64,000 bases of DNA, from contig JBOFDJ010000074.1 in assembly GCA_051646885.1 (NCBI GenBank), positions 6,756 through 70,755 on the forward strand, read 5' to 3'. Of the stretch, positions 13,569 through 23,447 are shown piece by piece. Each line of letters begins with the position of its first letter. Within the stretch, counting starts at the first letter, position 1. Below the pieces are notes generated by a model. That model ran no database searches and was not told where the DNA came from. It was given only the letters and a program-made list of their open reading frames with translations. A program made the position numbers and the translations under genes. This stretch comes from Rhodoglobus sp. (lineage in GTDB: Bacteria; Actinomycetota; Actinomycetes; Actinomycetales; Microbacteriaceae).

Positions 13569-14527
13569 GCGTCTGACAGTGATGAATTCGCGGACTTTCT
13601 GTGCTGCTTCAGTCTGATCCCAGCCGGTAGAGCAAGAATTGTTGCTGTCATCGCCGCTACGAGAATTCCTGCAAGAACCATGTGGATGCCCACCAGTATT
13701 TCAGGCAGGCCGAGCTGTGCTTGGGTGATCCCCACGCAGATCTGCGCGATCTCAGTTGCGAGAAGCCACACGATCCAGCGGCGCTCGACCGATAAGCGCA
13801 TTATCGCGACCATAAGAATGAGGCTAAGGGTAAAGGCGAGATACGCTGGCCAACTATGAATGTGCTGGAGCACAGCAGGGTCGAATCCGTTTCGAGGGGC
13901 GGGCTTCTCGGGGTGTGAATTATCTCCTGAATGTGGCCCTGAACCCGTGGTGAGAATACCTAAGACCACGGTGAGACATACTGCCGCTGCGGTTGACCAG
14001 CTGAGGGCTGTTACCCAGTCGGGCACTGAAGGAGAGTGGTTATTGACGCTGCGGTGTGTTCGCCACACCAAAATGGTCGTGATAACGACCAAAATTATTG
14101 ATACAGCGAAGTGTGCGCCGACGAGATAAGGATTGAGTCCGGTCAACACTGTGATGCCACCGAGTACCGCTTGAAAAGGAATGCTAAGACCTTGCAGAAG
14201 AGTGAGTGTGAAGAGGTCTCGACGTTGACGACGGAAGCGAAATATCGAAAAAAACGCTGCGATTGTAATAGCGGCTAAAACGAAAGTTAGGAGTCGGTTG
14301 GCAAACTCAATAACACCATGGACTCCCATTTCTGGGGTGTTTATTAGCGAGTCATCTGTGCACTGTGGCCACGTCGGACATCCCAATCCGGACGCCGTGA
14401 GCCGCACAGCACCTCCGGTGCCAATCAAGACAAGTTGGAAGAGTAGCGATAGCCATGCAACTGTCTTCACGCGTCGGTCAAGCTGCGAGGGAAATAAGCC
14501 GATGAAACGCTGGAACACCCGGTTCAT
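13565..14527 (-). CDS. ctaA: Heme A synthase, COX15/CtaA family
   Basis: GGAVRLTASGLGCPTWPQC, IEFANR, conserved TM histidines; convergent with ctaB. Confidence 0.92.
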   Translation of the reverse strand: MNRVFQRFIGLFPSQLDRRVKTVAWLSLLFQLVLIGTGGAVRLTASGLGCPTWPQCTDDSLINTPEMGVHGVIEFANRLLTFVLAAITIAAFFSIFRFRRQRRDLFTLTLLQGLSIPFQAVLGGITVLTGLNPYLVGAHFAVSIILVVITTILVWRTHRSVNNHSPSVPDWVTALSWSTAAAVCLTVVLGILTTGSGPHSGDNSHPEKPAPRNGFDPAVLQHIHSWPAYLAFTLSLILMVAIMRLSVERRWIVWLLATEIAQICVGITQAQLGLPEILVGIHMVLAGILVAAMTATILALPAGIRLKQHRKSANSSLSDA

Positions 14528-14659
14528 GCAAACCTTTCCGAGCTCTGACTGGGCTGCTCTATCTTAGATGGCTACATCAGTAAATCAGTTGCAGCTGCTC
14601 TTTGAATGTGAAGACTGTCGTGTTTTCTTGTGCATCCAGCGCGGACAGCTCTTGCCCTG

Positions 14660-14855
14660 TACGATTGAGTCGTTCCGATAAGTACATCCGCGCTGTGAAG
14701 TCAACGTTGACGGCGGGCTCCGAGGCCCTATTCCTGCCAGCTATTCGACAGGCCATGGACACGCCCCACGTCCATGAGAAAACACTGATGCGCTAATTGC
14801 TTCGGAATGTTGCGGCAGCCGCCTCGGTTGATGTCGTTAGGAAATGAGGGAGTTT
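14660..14855 (+). promoter_or_regulatory. Long structured leader upstream of sufB
   Basis: Putative -10 TACGAT, palindrome GTCAACGTTGAC, hairpins GGGC/GCCC and CATGGAC/GTCCATG, long-range CGACA/TGTCG. Confidence 0.35.
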
Positions 14856-16274
14856 ATGTCTGACGTACTGATCGACCGCCCAGAGCTTAGTGGCCTTGGG
14901 CAGTATGAGTTTGGGTGGTCCGACTCCGATTCCGCTGGGGCCTCTGCGCGACGCGGTATTAACGAGGAGGTGGTGGCTGACATCTCGCGCCGGAAGAGCG
15001 AGCCGCAGTCGATGCTAGACAGGCGTCTTAAGGGCCTCGAGCTGTTTCGTCGCAAGCCGATGCCAACGTGGGGGGCAGATCTCTCCGGCATTGATTTTGA
15101 GAACATTAAATATTTTGTGCGCTCTACCGAAAAACCGGCTCAGTCGTGGGAAGACCTCCCCGAAGACATCCGAAACACTTACGAGAAGCTAGGTATTCCT
15201 GAAGCAGAGCGTAAGCGTTTGGTTTCTGGCGTCGCTGCTCAGTACGAGTCGGAGGTAGTTTTTCATTCGATCAATGCTGAACTAGAGGCGCAGGGTGTGA
15301 TTTTTATGGACACCGATACTGCCTTACGTGAGCACCCCGAGTTTTTTGAAGAGTTTTTCGGTACCGTCATTCCTGCTGGCGACAACAAATTCGCGGCACT
15401 CAATACCGCAGTGTGGTCAGGAGGTTCCTTCGTTTACGTGCCGAAAGGTGTTCACGTTCAGATTCCTCTTCAGGCATATTTTCGCATCAACACCGAAAAT
15501 ATGGGCCAGTTTGAACGCACGTTGATTATTGCTGACGAGGGTTCCTATGTTCATTACATTGAAGGATGCACCGCGCCGATCTACACTTCAGACTCATTGC
15601 ACTCGGCGGTTGTCGAGATCATCGTCAAAAAGAACGCTCGTGTTCGCTATACGACTATTCAAAACTGGTCGAATAACGTCTACAACCTGGTCACCAAGCG
15701 TGCAATAGCTCACGAGGGCGCGACGATGGAGTGGGTCGACGGTAATATTGGCTCCAAAGTCACCATGAAGTATCCATCGATCTATCTTGTTGGAGAACAT
15801 GCCAAGGGTGAGACCCTCTCCGTCGCTTTTGCTGGTCCTGGGCAGCACCAAGATGCGGGTGCCAAGATGATTCATATGGCACCATACACAACGTCGTCTA
15901 TCGTGTCGAAATCAATCGCTCGAGGTGGGGGGCGCGCGGGGTACCGTGGTGAAGTGCGCGTGGATAGTAAGGCACATCACTCTGCTAACACTGTGCGCTG
16001 TGACGCTCTTCTCGTCGACACTGTTTCGCGTTCAGATACCTATCCTGCAATTGATATCAGGGTTGATGACGTGCAACTCGGACACGAGGCCACAGTGTCT
16101 CGTGTGAGTGCTGAGCAGCTTTTTTACTTACAGTCACGGGGCATGCCTGAAGATGAAGCGATGGCGATGATAGTTCGTGGTTTTATTGAGCCCATCGCTC
16201 GTGAACTTCCCATGGAATACGCTCTCGAGCTCAATAAACTCATTGAAATGAGTATGGAAGGAAGCGTCGGATGA
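14856..16274 (+). CDS. sufB: Fe-S cluster assembly protein SufB
   Basis: [34 protein letters not shown]; start at ATG behind GAGGGAG. Confidence 0.98.
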   Translation: MSDVLIDRPELSGLGQYEFGWSDSDSAGASARRGINEEVVADISRRKSEPQSMLDRRLKGLELFRRKPMPTWGADLSGIDFENIKYFVRSTEKPAQSWEDLPEDIRNTYEKLGIPEAERKRLVSGVAAQYESEVVFHSINAELEAQGVIFMDTDTALREHPEFFEEFFGTVIPAGDNKFAALNTAVWSGGSFVYVPKGVHVQIPLQAYFRINTENMGQFERTLIIADEGSYVHYIEGCTAPIYTSDSLHSAVVEIIVKKNARVRYTTIQNWSNNVYNLVTKRAIAHEGATMEWVDGNIGSKVTMKYPSIYLVGEHAKGETLSVAFAGPGQHQDAGAKMIHMAPYTTSSIVSKSIARGGGRAGYRGEVRVDSKAHHSANTVRCDALLVDTVSRSDTYPAIDIRVDDVQLGHEATVSRVSAEQLFYLQSRGMPEDEAMAMIVRGFIEPIARELPMEYALELNKLIEMSMEGSVG

Positions 16275-16309
16275 CCTTTCTGCGCTCGTCGAAAGGACCT
16301 CTCGGCTAG

Positions 16310-17530
16310 ATGTCGGTAGCAACACAGACTCCTCAACAACAGGGAGCCACAGCACACAGCGACGGTGGGTGGGGCCAGGCGGGATACATCCCTGTCCAAA
16401 CCAGATCGGCGCGGTTCTCATCGTTTACACATGACGATTTTGCCTCTGTCACAGGACTTGAAGCTGAATGGAAGTTGACTCCAGTTTCTCTGGTGCGGAC
16501 TCTTCTTGATGACAAGTTGAATGGCTCAGCCTATTCTGCGCACTCTGATGAGATTCCCGGTGTGAGCGTCGAGTGGGTGCCTCGGGAGGACCCCCGTGTC
16601 GGTCGTGCCGGTGTTCCCGAGGAACGGGCCTCGGCCAATGCCTGGTCGCATTGTGACCAGGTGCTGGTTGTCACCGTTACTGCGCAAGAGCACACTGATT
16701 TCACCGTGCGTCGCTCAGGTTTGAGCACTACGCCACGAGCGGCCCATACCATTATTACCGCGCGAGCCAATAGCAACGCGACGGTGATCCTTGAGTCGAC
16801 CGGATCAGCAGTGCTCAGTGAGAATATCGAGATCATCGTAGAAGAGGGTGCTCATCTCACTGTGATATCGCTTCAGGAATGGTCCGATGACGCATTGCAC
16901 TTGGCTAGCCACTTTGCCACTGTGGGACGCGCGGCTCACCTTACGCACATTGTGGTGTCACTGAGCGGCACCGTAGTGCGCGTTAATCCTTCTGTCTGTT
17001 TAGCGGGGGAGGGCTCCTCTGCCGAGTTGTACGGATTGTATTTTGCGGATGCAGGTCAGCACTTCGAACACCGCGTTTATCTGCACCATCGTGCCCAGAA
17101 CACAACAGGTCGGGTGAACTATAAAGGTGCGTTACAGGGAACAGGTGCGCGCACTGTATGGATTGGTGATGTTCTCATCGGCCCTGATGCGACAGGTACT
17201 GATAGCTACGAACAGAATCGTAACCTGGTCCTGACGGAGGGAACTAGAGCTGACTCTATTCCCAATCTTGAGATCGAGACCGGGGATATTATCGGAGCCG
17301 GTCATGCGAGTGCAAGCGGTCGTTTCGATGATGAGCAACTATTCTACTTACAGTCCCGCGGGATAACCGAGGTAGAGGCTCGTCGTCTTGTCGTCATCGG
17401 GTTCTTTTCTGAGATCGTTCAGAAGATCGACAACTCGTTTCTTCGTACCCGTTTACACAAGGCAATCGAGTCTGAGCTTGCCTTATCAACTCCCGCTATC
17501 GAGCCCATGACGACTGGAAGAGAGCAATGA
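16310..17530 (+). CDS. sufD: Fe-S cluster assembly protein SufD
   Basis: EWKLTP, YKGALQG, ADSIPNLEIETG, GHASASG, FYLQSRGI. Confidence 0.95.
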   Translation: MSVATQTPQQQGATAHSDGGWGQAGYIPVQTRSARFSSFTHDDFASVTGLEAEWKLTPVSLVRTLLDDKLNGSAYSAHSDEIPGVSVEWVPREDPRVGRAGVPEERASANAWSHCDQVLVVTVTAQEHTDFTVRRSGLSTTPRAAHTIITARANSNATVILESTGSAVLSENIEIIVEEGAHLTVISLQEWSDDALHLASHFATVGRAAHLTHIVVSLSGTVVRVNPSVCLAGEGSSAELYGLYFADAGQHFEHRVYLHHRAQNTTGRVNYKGALQGTGARTVWIGDVLIGPDATGTDSYEQNRNLVLTEGTRADSIPNLEIETGDIIGAGHASASGRFDDEQLFYLQSRGITEVEARRLVVIGFFSEIVQKIDNSFLRTRLHKAIESELALSTPAIEPMTTGREQ

Positions 17531-17859
17531 CCGCGAAACGTGTCTGCACAGTAGCAGAGCTCGAGGAAAATAAGGCTTTTCGAGTTGTGTTGGAAGGTCT
17601 TGCGATTGTTATTGTCAAGGACTCCCACGGTGTGGTGCACGCACTGGGAGATACCTGTACACACGGGGATATCTCGCTCTCGGAAGGTTTCGTCGAGGAC
17701 GAGACTATCGAGTGTTGGGCCCACGGTTCACAGTTCTCGCTCTCCACCGGAAAACCGCTTAATTTGCCGGCTTACGAGCCAGTTCCCGTTTTCGACGTTA
17801 TCGTTGATGATTCTGGTGTTGTATGCGTCGACCCGACAACCAGCACTCTGGCCTCGTGA
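17527..17859 (+). CDS. Rieske-type ferredoxin of the suf operon
   Basis: CTH...CWAHGS Rieske ligands; ATGA overlap with sufD. Confidence 0.92.
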   Translation: MTAKRVCTVAELEENKAFRVVLEGLAIVIVKDSHGVVHALGDTCTHGDISLSEGFVEDETIECWAHGSQFSLSTGKPLNLPAYEPVPVFDVIVDDSGVVCVDPTTSTLAS

Positions 17860-17894
17860 CGTCACACTCACGGCCACCTCAAAGGAAATAAGCA

Positions 17895-18659
17895 ATGTCA
17901 GTACTTGAAGTCAGAGATCTCTACGTCAGTGTCGAAACAGACCAGGGCACCAGACAGATTCTCAAGGGTGTCAATTTGAGCATCACGCAGGGTGAGATTC
18001 ACGCAATTATGGGCCCGAATGGTTCAGGGAAATCGACACTCGCCTATACGATCGCCGGGCATCCGAAATATTCTGTCGACAGTGGTTCCATCACGCTGGA
18101 TGGTGTGGACGTGCTCACGATGAGTGTTGATGAGCGTGCCCGTGCCGGTCTCTTTCTCGCTATGCAGTATCCGGTCGAGATACCAGGTGTGCGGATGGGT
18201 GACTTCCTCAGAACGGCAAAGACCGCTATTGACGGCAAAGCTCCCGCCCTTCGACCATGGATTAAAGAGGTGAATGAGGCGATGAAAGGCTTGCGGATGG
18301 ACAAGGCCTTCTCTGAGCGCAATGTCAATGAGGGCTTTTCCGGCGGGGAGAAAAAACGTCATGAGATTTTGCAGTTAGAGCTCCTCAAACCTAAGTTTTC
18401 TCTTCTTGATGAAACTGATTCTGGTCTTGATGTTGATGCGCTAAAAATCGTGGCTGAAGGAATCAATCGCGCCAAAGTTGCCAATAATCTCGGCGTTCTT
18501 CTGATCACTCACTACACTCGTATTCTGCGCTACATCACCCCGGATTTCGTGCACGTTTTTGTTGATGGTCGTGTGGCCGAACAGGGCGGGGCCGAGCTCG
18601 CTGAGCGTCTTGAGAATGAAGGCTATGATCGCTTTCTTGTTGGCCCGAGCGTAATCTAA
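17895..18659 (+). CDS. sufC: Fe-S cluster assembly ATPase SufC
   Basis: MGPNGSGKST, FLAMQYPVEIPG, FSGGEKKR, LDETDSGLD. Confidence 0.98.
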   Translation: MSVLEVRDLYVSVETDQGTRQILKGVNLSITQGEIHAIMGPNGSGKSTLAYTIAGHPKYSVDSGSITLDGVDVLTMSVDERARAGLFLAMQYPVEIPGVRMGDFLRTAKTAIDGKAPALRPWIKEVNEAMKGLRMDKAFSERNVNEGFSGGEKKRHEILQLELLKPKFSLLDETDSGLDVDALKIVAEGINRAKVANNLGVLLITHYTRILRYITPDFVHVFVDGRVAEQGGAELAERLENEGYDRFLVGPSVI

Positions 18660-18663
18660 AAGA

Positions 18664-18993
18664 ATGTCGACCACCCTTGCTCCCGCACTCTTCGATCAAG
18701 TTGAAGAGGGTCTCAAAGATGTCATGGATCCCGAACTTGGGGTAAACATTGTCGACCTCGGTCTTATTTACGATCTCAGCTGGGACGAGCACAGCTCAGC
18801 GCTCATCATTAGCATGACGCTGACATCGGCTGGTTGTCCGCTCACTGATGTCATCGAGGAACAGATCGCCCAATCGCTGGATGGCGTTGTCGATGCTTTT
18901 CGTATTAATTGGGTGTGGATGCCACCGTGGGGCCCCGAAAAGATCACAGATGACGGGCGGGACATGATGCGCGCTCTCGGTTTTTCGATCTAA
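18664..18993 (+). CDS. sufT: Metal-sulfur cluster assembly factor (SufT/DUF59)
   Basis: DPELGVNIVDLGLIY, LTSAGCP, WMPPW. Confidence 0.92.
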   Translation: MSTTLAPALFDQVEEGLKDVMDPELGVNIVDLGLIYDLSWDEHSSALIISMTLTSAGCPLTDVIEEQIAQSLDGVVDAFRINWVWMPPWGPEKITDDGRDMMRALGFSI

Positions 18994-19074
18994 AAAGCCG
19001 AGGTAGAGGCGAAAACCGCCACCGACGAGGTAGTCATCCGAGCACTCGTCTTGACCGATTCGCAAGGAGCGATA

Positions 19075-20091
19075 ATGACCACAGAGAGAATCCCCGCCAG
19101 CGACATCTTGGTTGTGGCACGTGAGCAAGTCCTCGAGCGTGGTGAGGCGCTGAGCGAAGAGCAGGTGTTACAGATTCTACAACTCGGCGATGAACGCCTT
19201 CCCGAGGCACTTCAGCTGGCACATGAAGTCCGACTGCGGTACTGCGGAGATGATGTGGAAGTGGAGGGTATCGTCTCGATAAAGACCGGAGGCTGCCCCG
19301 AGGACTGCCATTTTTGTAGCCAGTCTGGTGTTTTCGATTCTCCGGTTCGTTCCGTGTGGCTTGACATTCCTGAACTGGTCAAGGCTGCGAAGGAGACCGC
19401 GGCATCGGGCGCATCAGAGTTCTGCATCGTTGCGGCGGTTCGCGGGCCGGATATCAAACTCATGAACCAGATCAAGTTTGCTATCGACCGCATTCGCAAA
19501 GAAGTCGATATTAATATTGCCTGCTCACTGGGTATGCTCACACAACATCAAGTCGACCAACTGGCGCAGTGGGGTGTCCATCGCTACAACCATAACCTGG
19601 AGACTGCGCGCAGCTTCTTTAGCGAGGTGGTGACGACCCATACCTACGAGGAGCGCCTCGAGACATGCGAGATGGTGAGAGCTGCTGGCATGGAGTTGTG
19701 CTGTGGCGCTCTCTTGGGTATGGGAGAGTCAGTCCCGCAACGTGCAGAGCTGGCTGTTCAGCTAGCGGCCCTTTCGCCTCATGAAGTCCCGGTGAATTTT
19801 TTGAATCCACGCCCTGGGACGCCGCTCGAGGGCCAGGCCATCATGGATGGTAAAGATGCTTTGCGTGCGATCGTCGCTTTTCGTTTGGCGATGCCGCACA
19901 CCGTGTTGCGGTACGCCGGGGGGCGTGAACTCACGCTCGGTGATCTCGGGACACGCGATGGCCTCTTGGGTGGCATCAATGCAATTATCGTAGGAAACTA
20001 TCTCACCACGCTTGGGCGACCAGCGGATGCAGATCTTGACCTTCTGGTTGAGCTGAATATGCCCATTAAGGAACTTCAGAAGACTCTGTGA
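19075..20091 (+). CDS. bioB: Biotin synthase
   Basis: CPEDCHFC radical-SAM motif, YNHNLET, auxiliary-cluster ligands FCIV/IACS/ELCCG/LRYAGG; start at ATG behind AAGGAG. Confidence 0.98.
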   Translation: MTTERIPASDILVVAREQVLERGEALSEEQVLQILQLGDERLPEALQLAHEVRLRYCGDDVEVEGIVSIKTGGCPEDCHFCSQSGVFDSPVRSVWLDIPELVKAAKETAASGASEFCIVAAVRGPDIKLMNQIKFAIDRIRKEVDINIACSLGMLTQHQVDQLAQWGVHRYNHNLETARSFFSEVVTTHTYEERLETCEMVRAAGMELCCGALLGMGESVPQRAELAVQLAALSPHEVPVNFLNPRPGTPLEGQAIMDGKDALRAIVAFRLAMPHTVLRYAGGRELTLGDLGTRDGLLGGINAIIVGNYLTTLGRPADADLDLLVELNMPIKELQKTL

Positions 20092-20318
20092 CTAGGCCCT
20101 CGACTTTCTCTTCACGTTTCCGCTATTGCCAGCATTGTGGTGGGACTGATACCGCGGATGCTGTTATTGGGTCGCCGGGGCACGCATCCTGCGCGATTCG
20201 ACTGCGGCTTGAACCACCGCGATACTGTTCTGATTGCGGTCGACGCTTGGTCGTTCAGGTTACCCCGCTGACCTGGGTGGCACAGTGTTCACGGCACGGT
20301 AAGACGACTTACCCGTGA
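20088..20318 (+). CDS. bsaP: Biotin synthase auxiliary protein (BsaP/Rv1590-like)
   Basis: 76 aa with CQHCG...H..C and [25 protein letters not shown]; GTGA-coupled to bioB. Confidence 0.85.
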   Translation: MTRPSTFSSRFRYCQHCGGTDTADAVIGSPGHASCAIRLRLEPPRYCSDCGRRLVVQVTPLTWVAQCSRHGKTTYP

Positions 20319-21616
20319 TGTCGCTCATCGAAAGGGATCGTGCCGTGTTGTGGCATCCGTATTCCGCTCCGAACTCGGCAGCACCGTTATGGGAGGTGAT
20401 GAGTGCGCAGGGAATTCGCTTTAAACTGCGTGATGAATCTGGTGGACGACACGATGTTATCGACGCAATGTCGTCCTGGTGGTGTGCGATTCATGGCTAC
20501 CGCAATCCCGTGCTGGATGCTGCCGCCCACCACCAGCTGGGCCAGTTCAGCCATGTGATGTTCGGAGGGCTTACCCACTCTCCAGCGGTTCATCTTGCCG
20601 AGCAACTGAACGGCATCACCCCGCGCGGCCTTGACCGTGTATTTTTCGCGGACTCAGGTTCGGTTTCGATTGAGGTCGCTCTTAAGCTGGCGGTTCAATA
20701 TCAGGCATCGCTGGGTTTTTCTCGACGGCAGCGTGTGCTGAGCATTCGCGGCGGCTATCACGGCGATACGGCTGGCGCGATGGCAGTGTGCGATCCGATC
20801 AACGGAATGCATTCAGAATTTTCAGGAATGCTTGCGCAGCAAATTTTCGCACCACGGCCACCAGCTGCTGCACATGCTACCGACGATGATATTGTGGCGT
20901 GGGCGCAGGAGGTTGCCGACATCGCTCGGAGATCGAGTGTGCAGCTCGCCGCCATCATTGTCGAACCGGTGCTTCAGGGCGCTGGCGGTATGTTTATCTA
21001 TCCCGCGGAGTGCCTACAACACCTCCGTGCTATCGCCGATGAACACGGCCTGCTTCTCATCGTCGATGAAATTGCCACCGGATTTGGTCGTACAGGAACC
21101 TTTTTTGCCGTTGAGCACGCCGGTGTCACTCCCGACATTATGTGTGTAGGTAAGGCGCTCACCGGGGGTTACCTCAGTCTGGCAGCGATGCTGTGCACCG
21201 CTGCTGTGGCCAAAGCAATCACCGAGGGGCCGGTGGCCGCGCTGCTGCACGGGCCAACTTTTATGGCTAATCCGCTGGCCTGTGCTATAGCCACCGCGAG
21301 CCTTGAGCTTCTTCGCGAGATGAGATGGAGTGAATCCGTTGCCCGCATCGAAACTGAGCTTGCTGCTGGCCTGGCTCCGGCCCAAAAAATCGCTGCGGTA
21401 CGTGATGTGCGCACCATTGGTGCGGTGGGAGTGATTCAGCTCAATAGCACTGTAGATGTCCCCGCGATGACGCGCGCGGCTCTTCGCCGTGGTGTGTGGC
21501 TACGCCCATTTCGAGACCTCGTCTATACGATGCCGCCCTACATCAGTGAAACTGATGATATTAACAGCATCACCGCGGCGATGGTAGGGGCCGTGCAGGA
21601 GGTTTCAGCATCATGA
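20315..21616 (+). CDS. bioA: Adenosylmethionine-8-amino-7-oxononanoate transaminase
   Basis: [38 protein letters not shown] lysine in [18 protein letters not shown]. Confidence 0.97.
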   Translation: MMSLIERDRAVLWHPYSAPNSAAPLWEVMSAQGIRFKLRDESGGRHDVIDAMSSWWCAIHGYRNPVLDAAAHHQLGQFSHVMFGGLTHSPAVHLAEQLNGITPRGLDRVFFADSGSVSIEVALKLAVQYQASLGFSRRQRVLSIRGGYHGDTAGAMAVCDPINGMHSEFSGMLAQQIFAPRPPAAAHATDDDIVAWAQEVADIARRSSVQLAAIIVEPVLQGAGGMFIYPAECLQHLRAIADEHGLLLIVDEIATGFGRTGTFFAVEHAGVTPDIMCVGKALTGGYLSLAAMLCTAAVAKAITEGPVAALLHGPTFMANPLACAIATASLELLREMRWSESVARIETELAAGLAPAQKIAAVRDVRTIGAVGVIQLNSTVDVPAMTRAALRRGVWLRPFRDLVYTMPPYISETDDINSITAAMVGAVQEVSAS

Positions 21617-22773
21617 CCGGGCCAACGATAAACGCGTGGATTGATCGTCAGGCTACCGTTCGCATCCAGCGCGCCACCGAGCGTTCGCTCCGTGTTCGGA
21701 CATCGGATGCCACTACGATTGATCTCGCCAGTAACGATTATCTGGGTCTCGTTCGGGATGAACGACTCGTTCGGGCTGCACAGGAAGCCTTAGAACAGTG
21801 GGGGACCGGCGCAACAGCATCTCGCCTCGTCGCGGGCACAACAGCACTGCACGATGATCTTGAGCAGTCACTCGCCCTGCTCACCGGGATGGATACTGCA
21901 CTGGTCTTCTCTTCGGGATACCTTGCCAATATCGGAGTGATCACTGCGCTCGGCGGCCCGGGTACCGGAATTTTTTCGGATGACCATTGTCATGCATCCA
22001 TCGTTGATGGTCTCAGGCTCAGCCGGTCGCCTGCACACAGTTTTGCTCATAATGATCTTGACGATCTGGAACGGTTATTGAGAAATCGGGCTCAACCACG
22101 GGCGCTCGTCATTGTGGAATCTGTGTACAGCGTCCTCGGTGATGCTGCCCCTCTAGGGGAGCTTCTTGCCCTGGTTGAACGCTACGACGCGATTCTCCTG
22201 GTTGATGAAGCGCATAGTCTTGGGGTGACGGGTGGCGGGCGAGGTTCAGTATTTGCAGCAGGGTTGGCTGGTCATCCTCATGTTATTGCCACGGCAACAC
22301 TCTCAAAAGCTTTGGCAAGTCAAGGCGGTGCCGTATTGGCGTCGGAGAAAATACGTGAGCATCTGATTAACCGCTCGCGCACATTTATTTTTGATACTGG
22401 ACTTGCACCAGCTTCTGCCGCAGCCGCACGCGCGGCAGTCGAGATTATTAACAGTGAACCGTGGCGCAGCGATCAGGTGCACAGGAATAGCGCACTACTC
22501 GAGAGTTACATTCAGGCGGCAACAGAAGGTCAACACCGATACGAACCCGGTGCGATGGGTGCCGTTCGTTCGATTCAACTGCGTGATGCCGCCAGCGCTG
22601 CGCTCGCGGCAGGTTTGGCTCTCGACGCTGGAGTGTGGGTGGGATGTTTCCGCCCGCCTTCGGTACCTGACGGTATCTCTCGACTGAGGGTGACGGCGCG
22701 GGCATCGCTGACCATCCCCGAGATCGCGCGAGCGAGCACGGTGCTTGCCGAGGTCTTGGCGGCGACGCGGTGA
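21613..22773 (+). CDS. bioF: 8-amino-7-oxononanoate synthase
   Basis: DLASNDYLGL, FSSGYLAN, HASIVDG, VDEAHSLG, TLSKAL, RPPSVP. Confidence 0.96.
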   Translation: MTGPTINAWIDRQATVRIQRATERSLRVRTSDATTIDLASNDYLGLVRDERLVRAAQEALEQWGTGATASRLVAGTTALHDDLEQSLALLTGMDTALVFSSGYLANIGVITALGGPGTGIFSDDHCHASIVDGLRLSRSPAHSFAHNDLDDLERLLRNRAQPRALVIVESVYSVLGDAAPLGELLALVERYDAILLVDEAHSLGVTGGGRGSVFAAGLAGHPHVIATATLSKALASQGGAVLASEKIREHLINRSRTFIFDTGLAPASAAAARAAVEIINSEPWRSDQVHRNSALLESYIQAATEGQHRYEPGAMGAVRSIQLRDAASAALAAGLALDAGVWVGCFRPPSVPDGISRLRVTARASLTIPEIARASTVLAEVLAATR

Positions 22774-23447
22774 CACTTCCCCCTATTATCCTGATTACCG
22801 GCACGGACACCGGTGTCGGCAAAACGGTGACCGCTGCCGCTCTGGCCTCCCACCTCACGCAACAGGGTTATGTCACCGCGGTGTACAAGCCCTGTCAAAC
22901 CGGTGCGCGACAGGGCGATTCGGATGCGCTCGAAATCGCTCGGCTTGCAGCTATCACGACTGTGGAGGTCGGTGTTACATTGACCGAACCGATGGCACCG
23001 GTTGCCGCGGCCAAGATTGATGGGGTCTTGCTTCCTGTTCTGAAGCAACATCGCCAAAAAATTCTGCAGCTTGCGGTTGCGTGCGATCATGTGATCGTCG
23101 AGGGTGCGGGTGGTCTACTAGTGGAACTGGATCACGACGGCGCAACCATGGCAGATCTTGCCCAAAGTTTGGGGAGTGTTGCTGGGATTATTCTCGTCGT
23201 TCGAGCGGCTCTGGGAACCCTCAACCACACGGCTTTGACCCGGGAGGCGATTGCACGACGACAGATCCGGCTGCTTGGTCTTGTTATTGGGTCGTGGCCC
23301 ACGTCACCTGGAGCAATTGAGTTGAGCAATCGGGAGCAATTCGACTCTGCTCTTATCGCCTCGATTCCAGCCAATGCAGCGCAACTCTCTCCGCGGGAGT
23401 TTCGAGAACAAGCACAGTTATGGTGTGAAGGGTTCGCTGATGCCTGA
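22770..23447 (+). CDS. bioD: Dethiobiotin synthase
   Basis: ITGTDTGVGKT, KPCQTG, VEGAGG, LGTLNHT. Confidence 0.97.
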   Translation: MTLPPIILITGTDTGVGKTVTAAALASHLTQQGYVTAVYKPCQTGARQGDSDALEIARLAAITTVEVGVTLTEPMAPVAAAKIDGVLLPVLKQHRQKILQLAVACDHVIVEGAGGLLVELDHDGATMADLAQSLGSVAGIILVVRAALGTLNHTALTREAIARRQIRLLGLVIGSWPTSPGAIELSNREQFDSALIASIPANAAQLSPREFREQAQLWCEGFADA

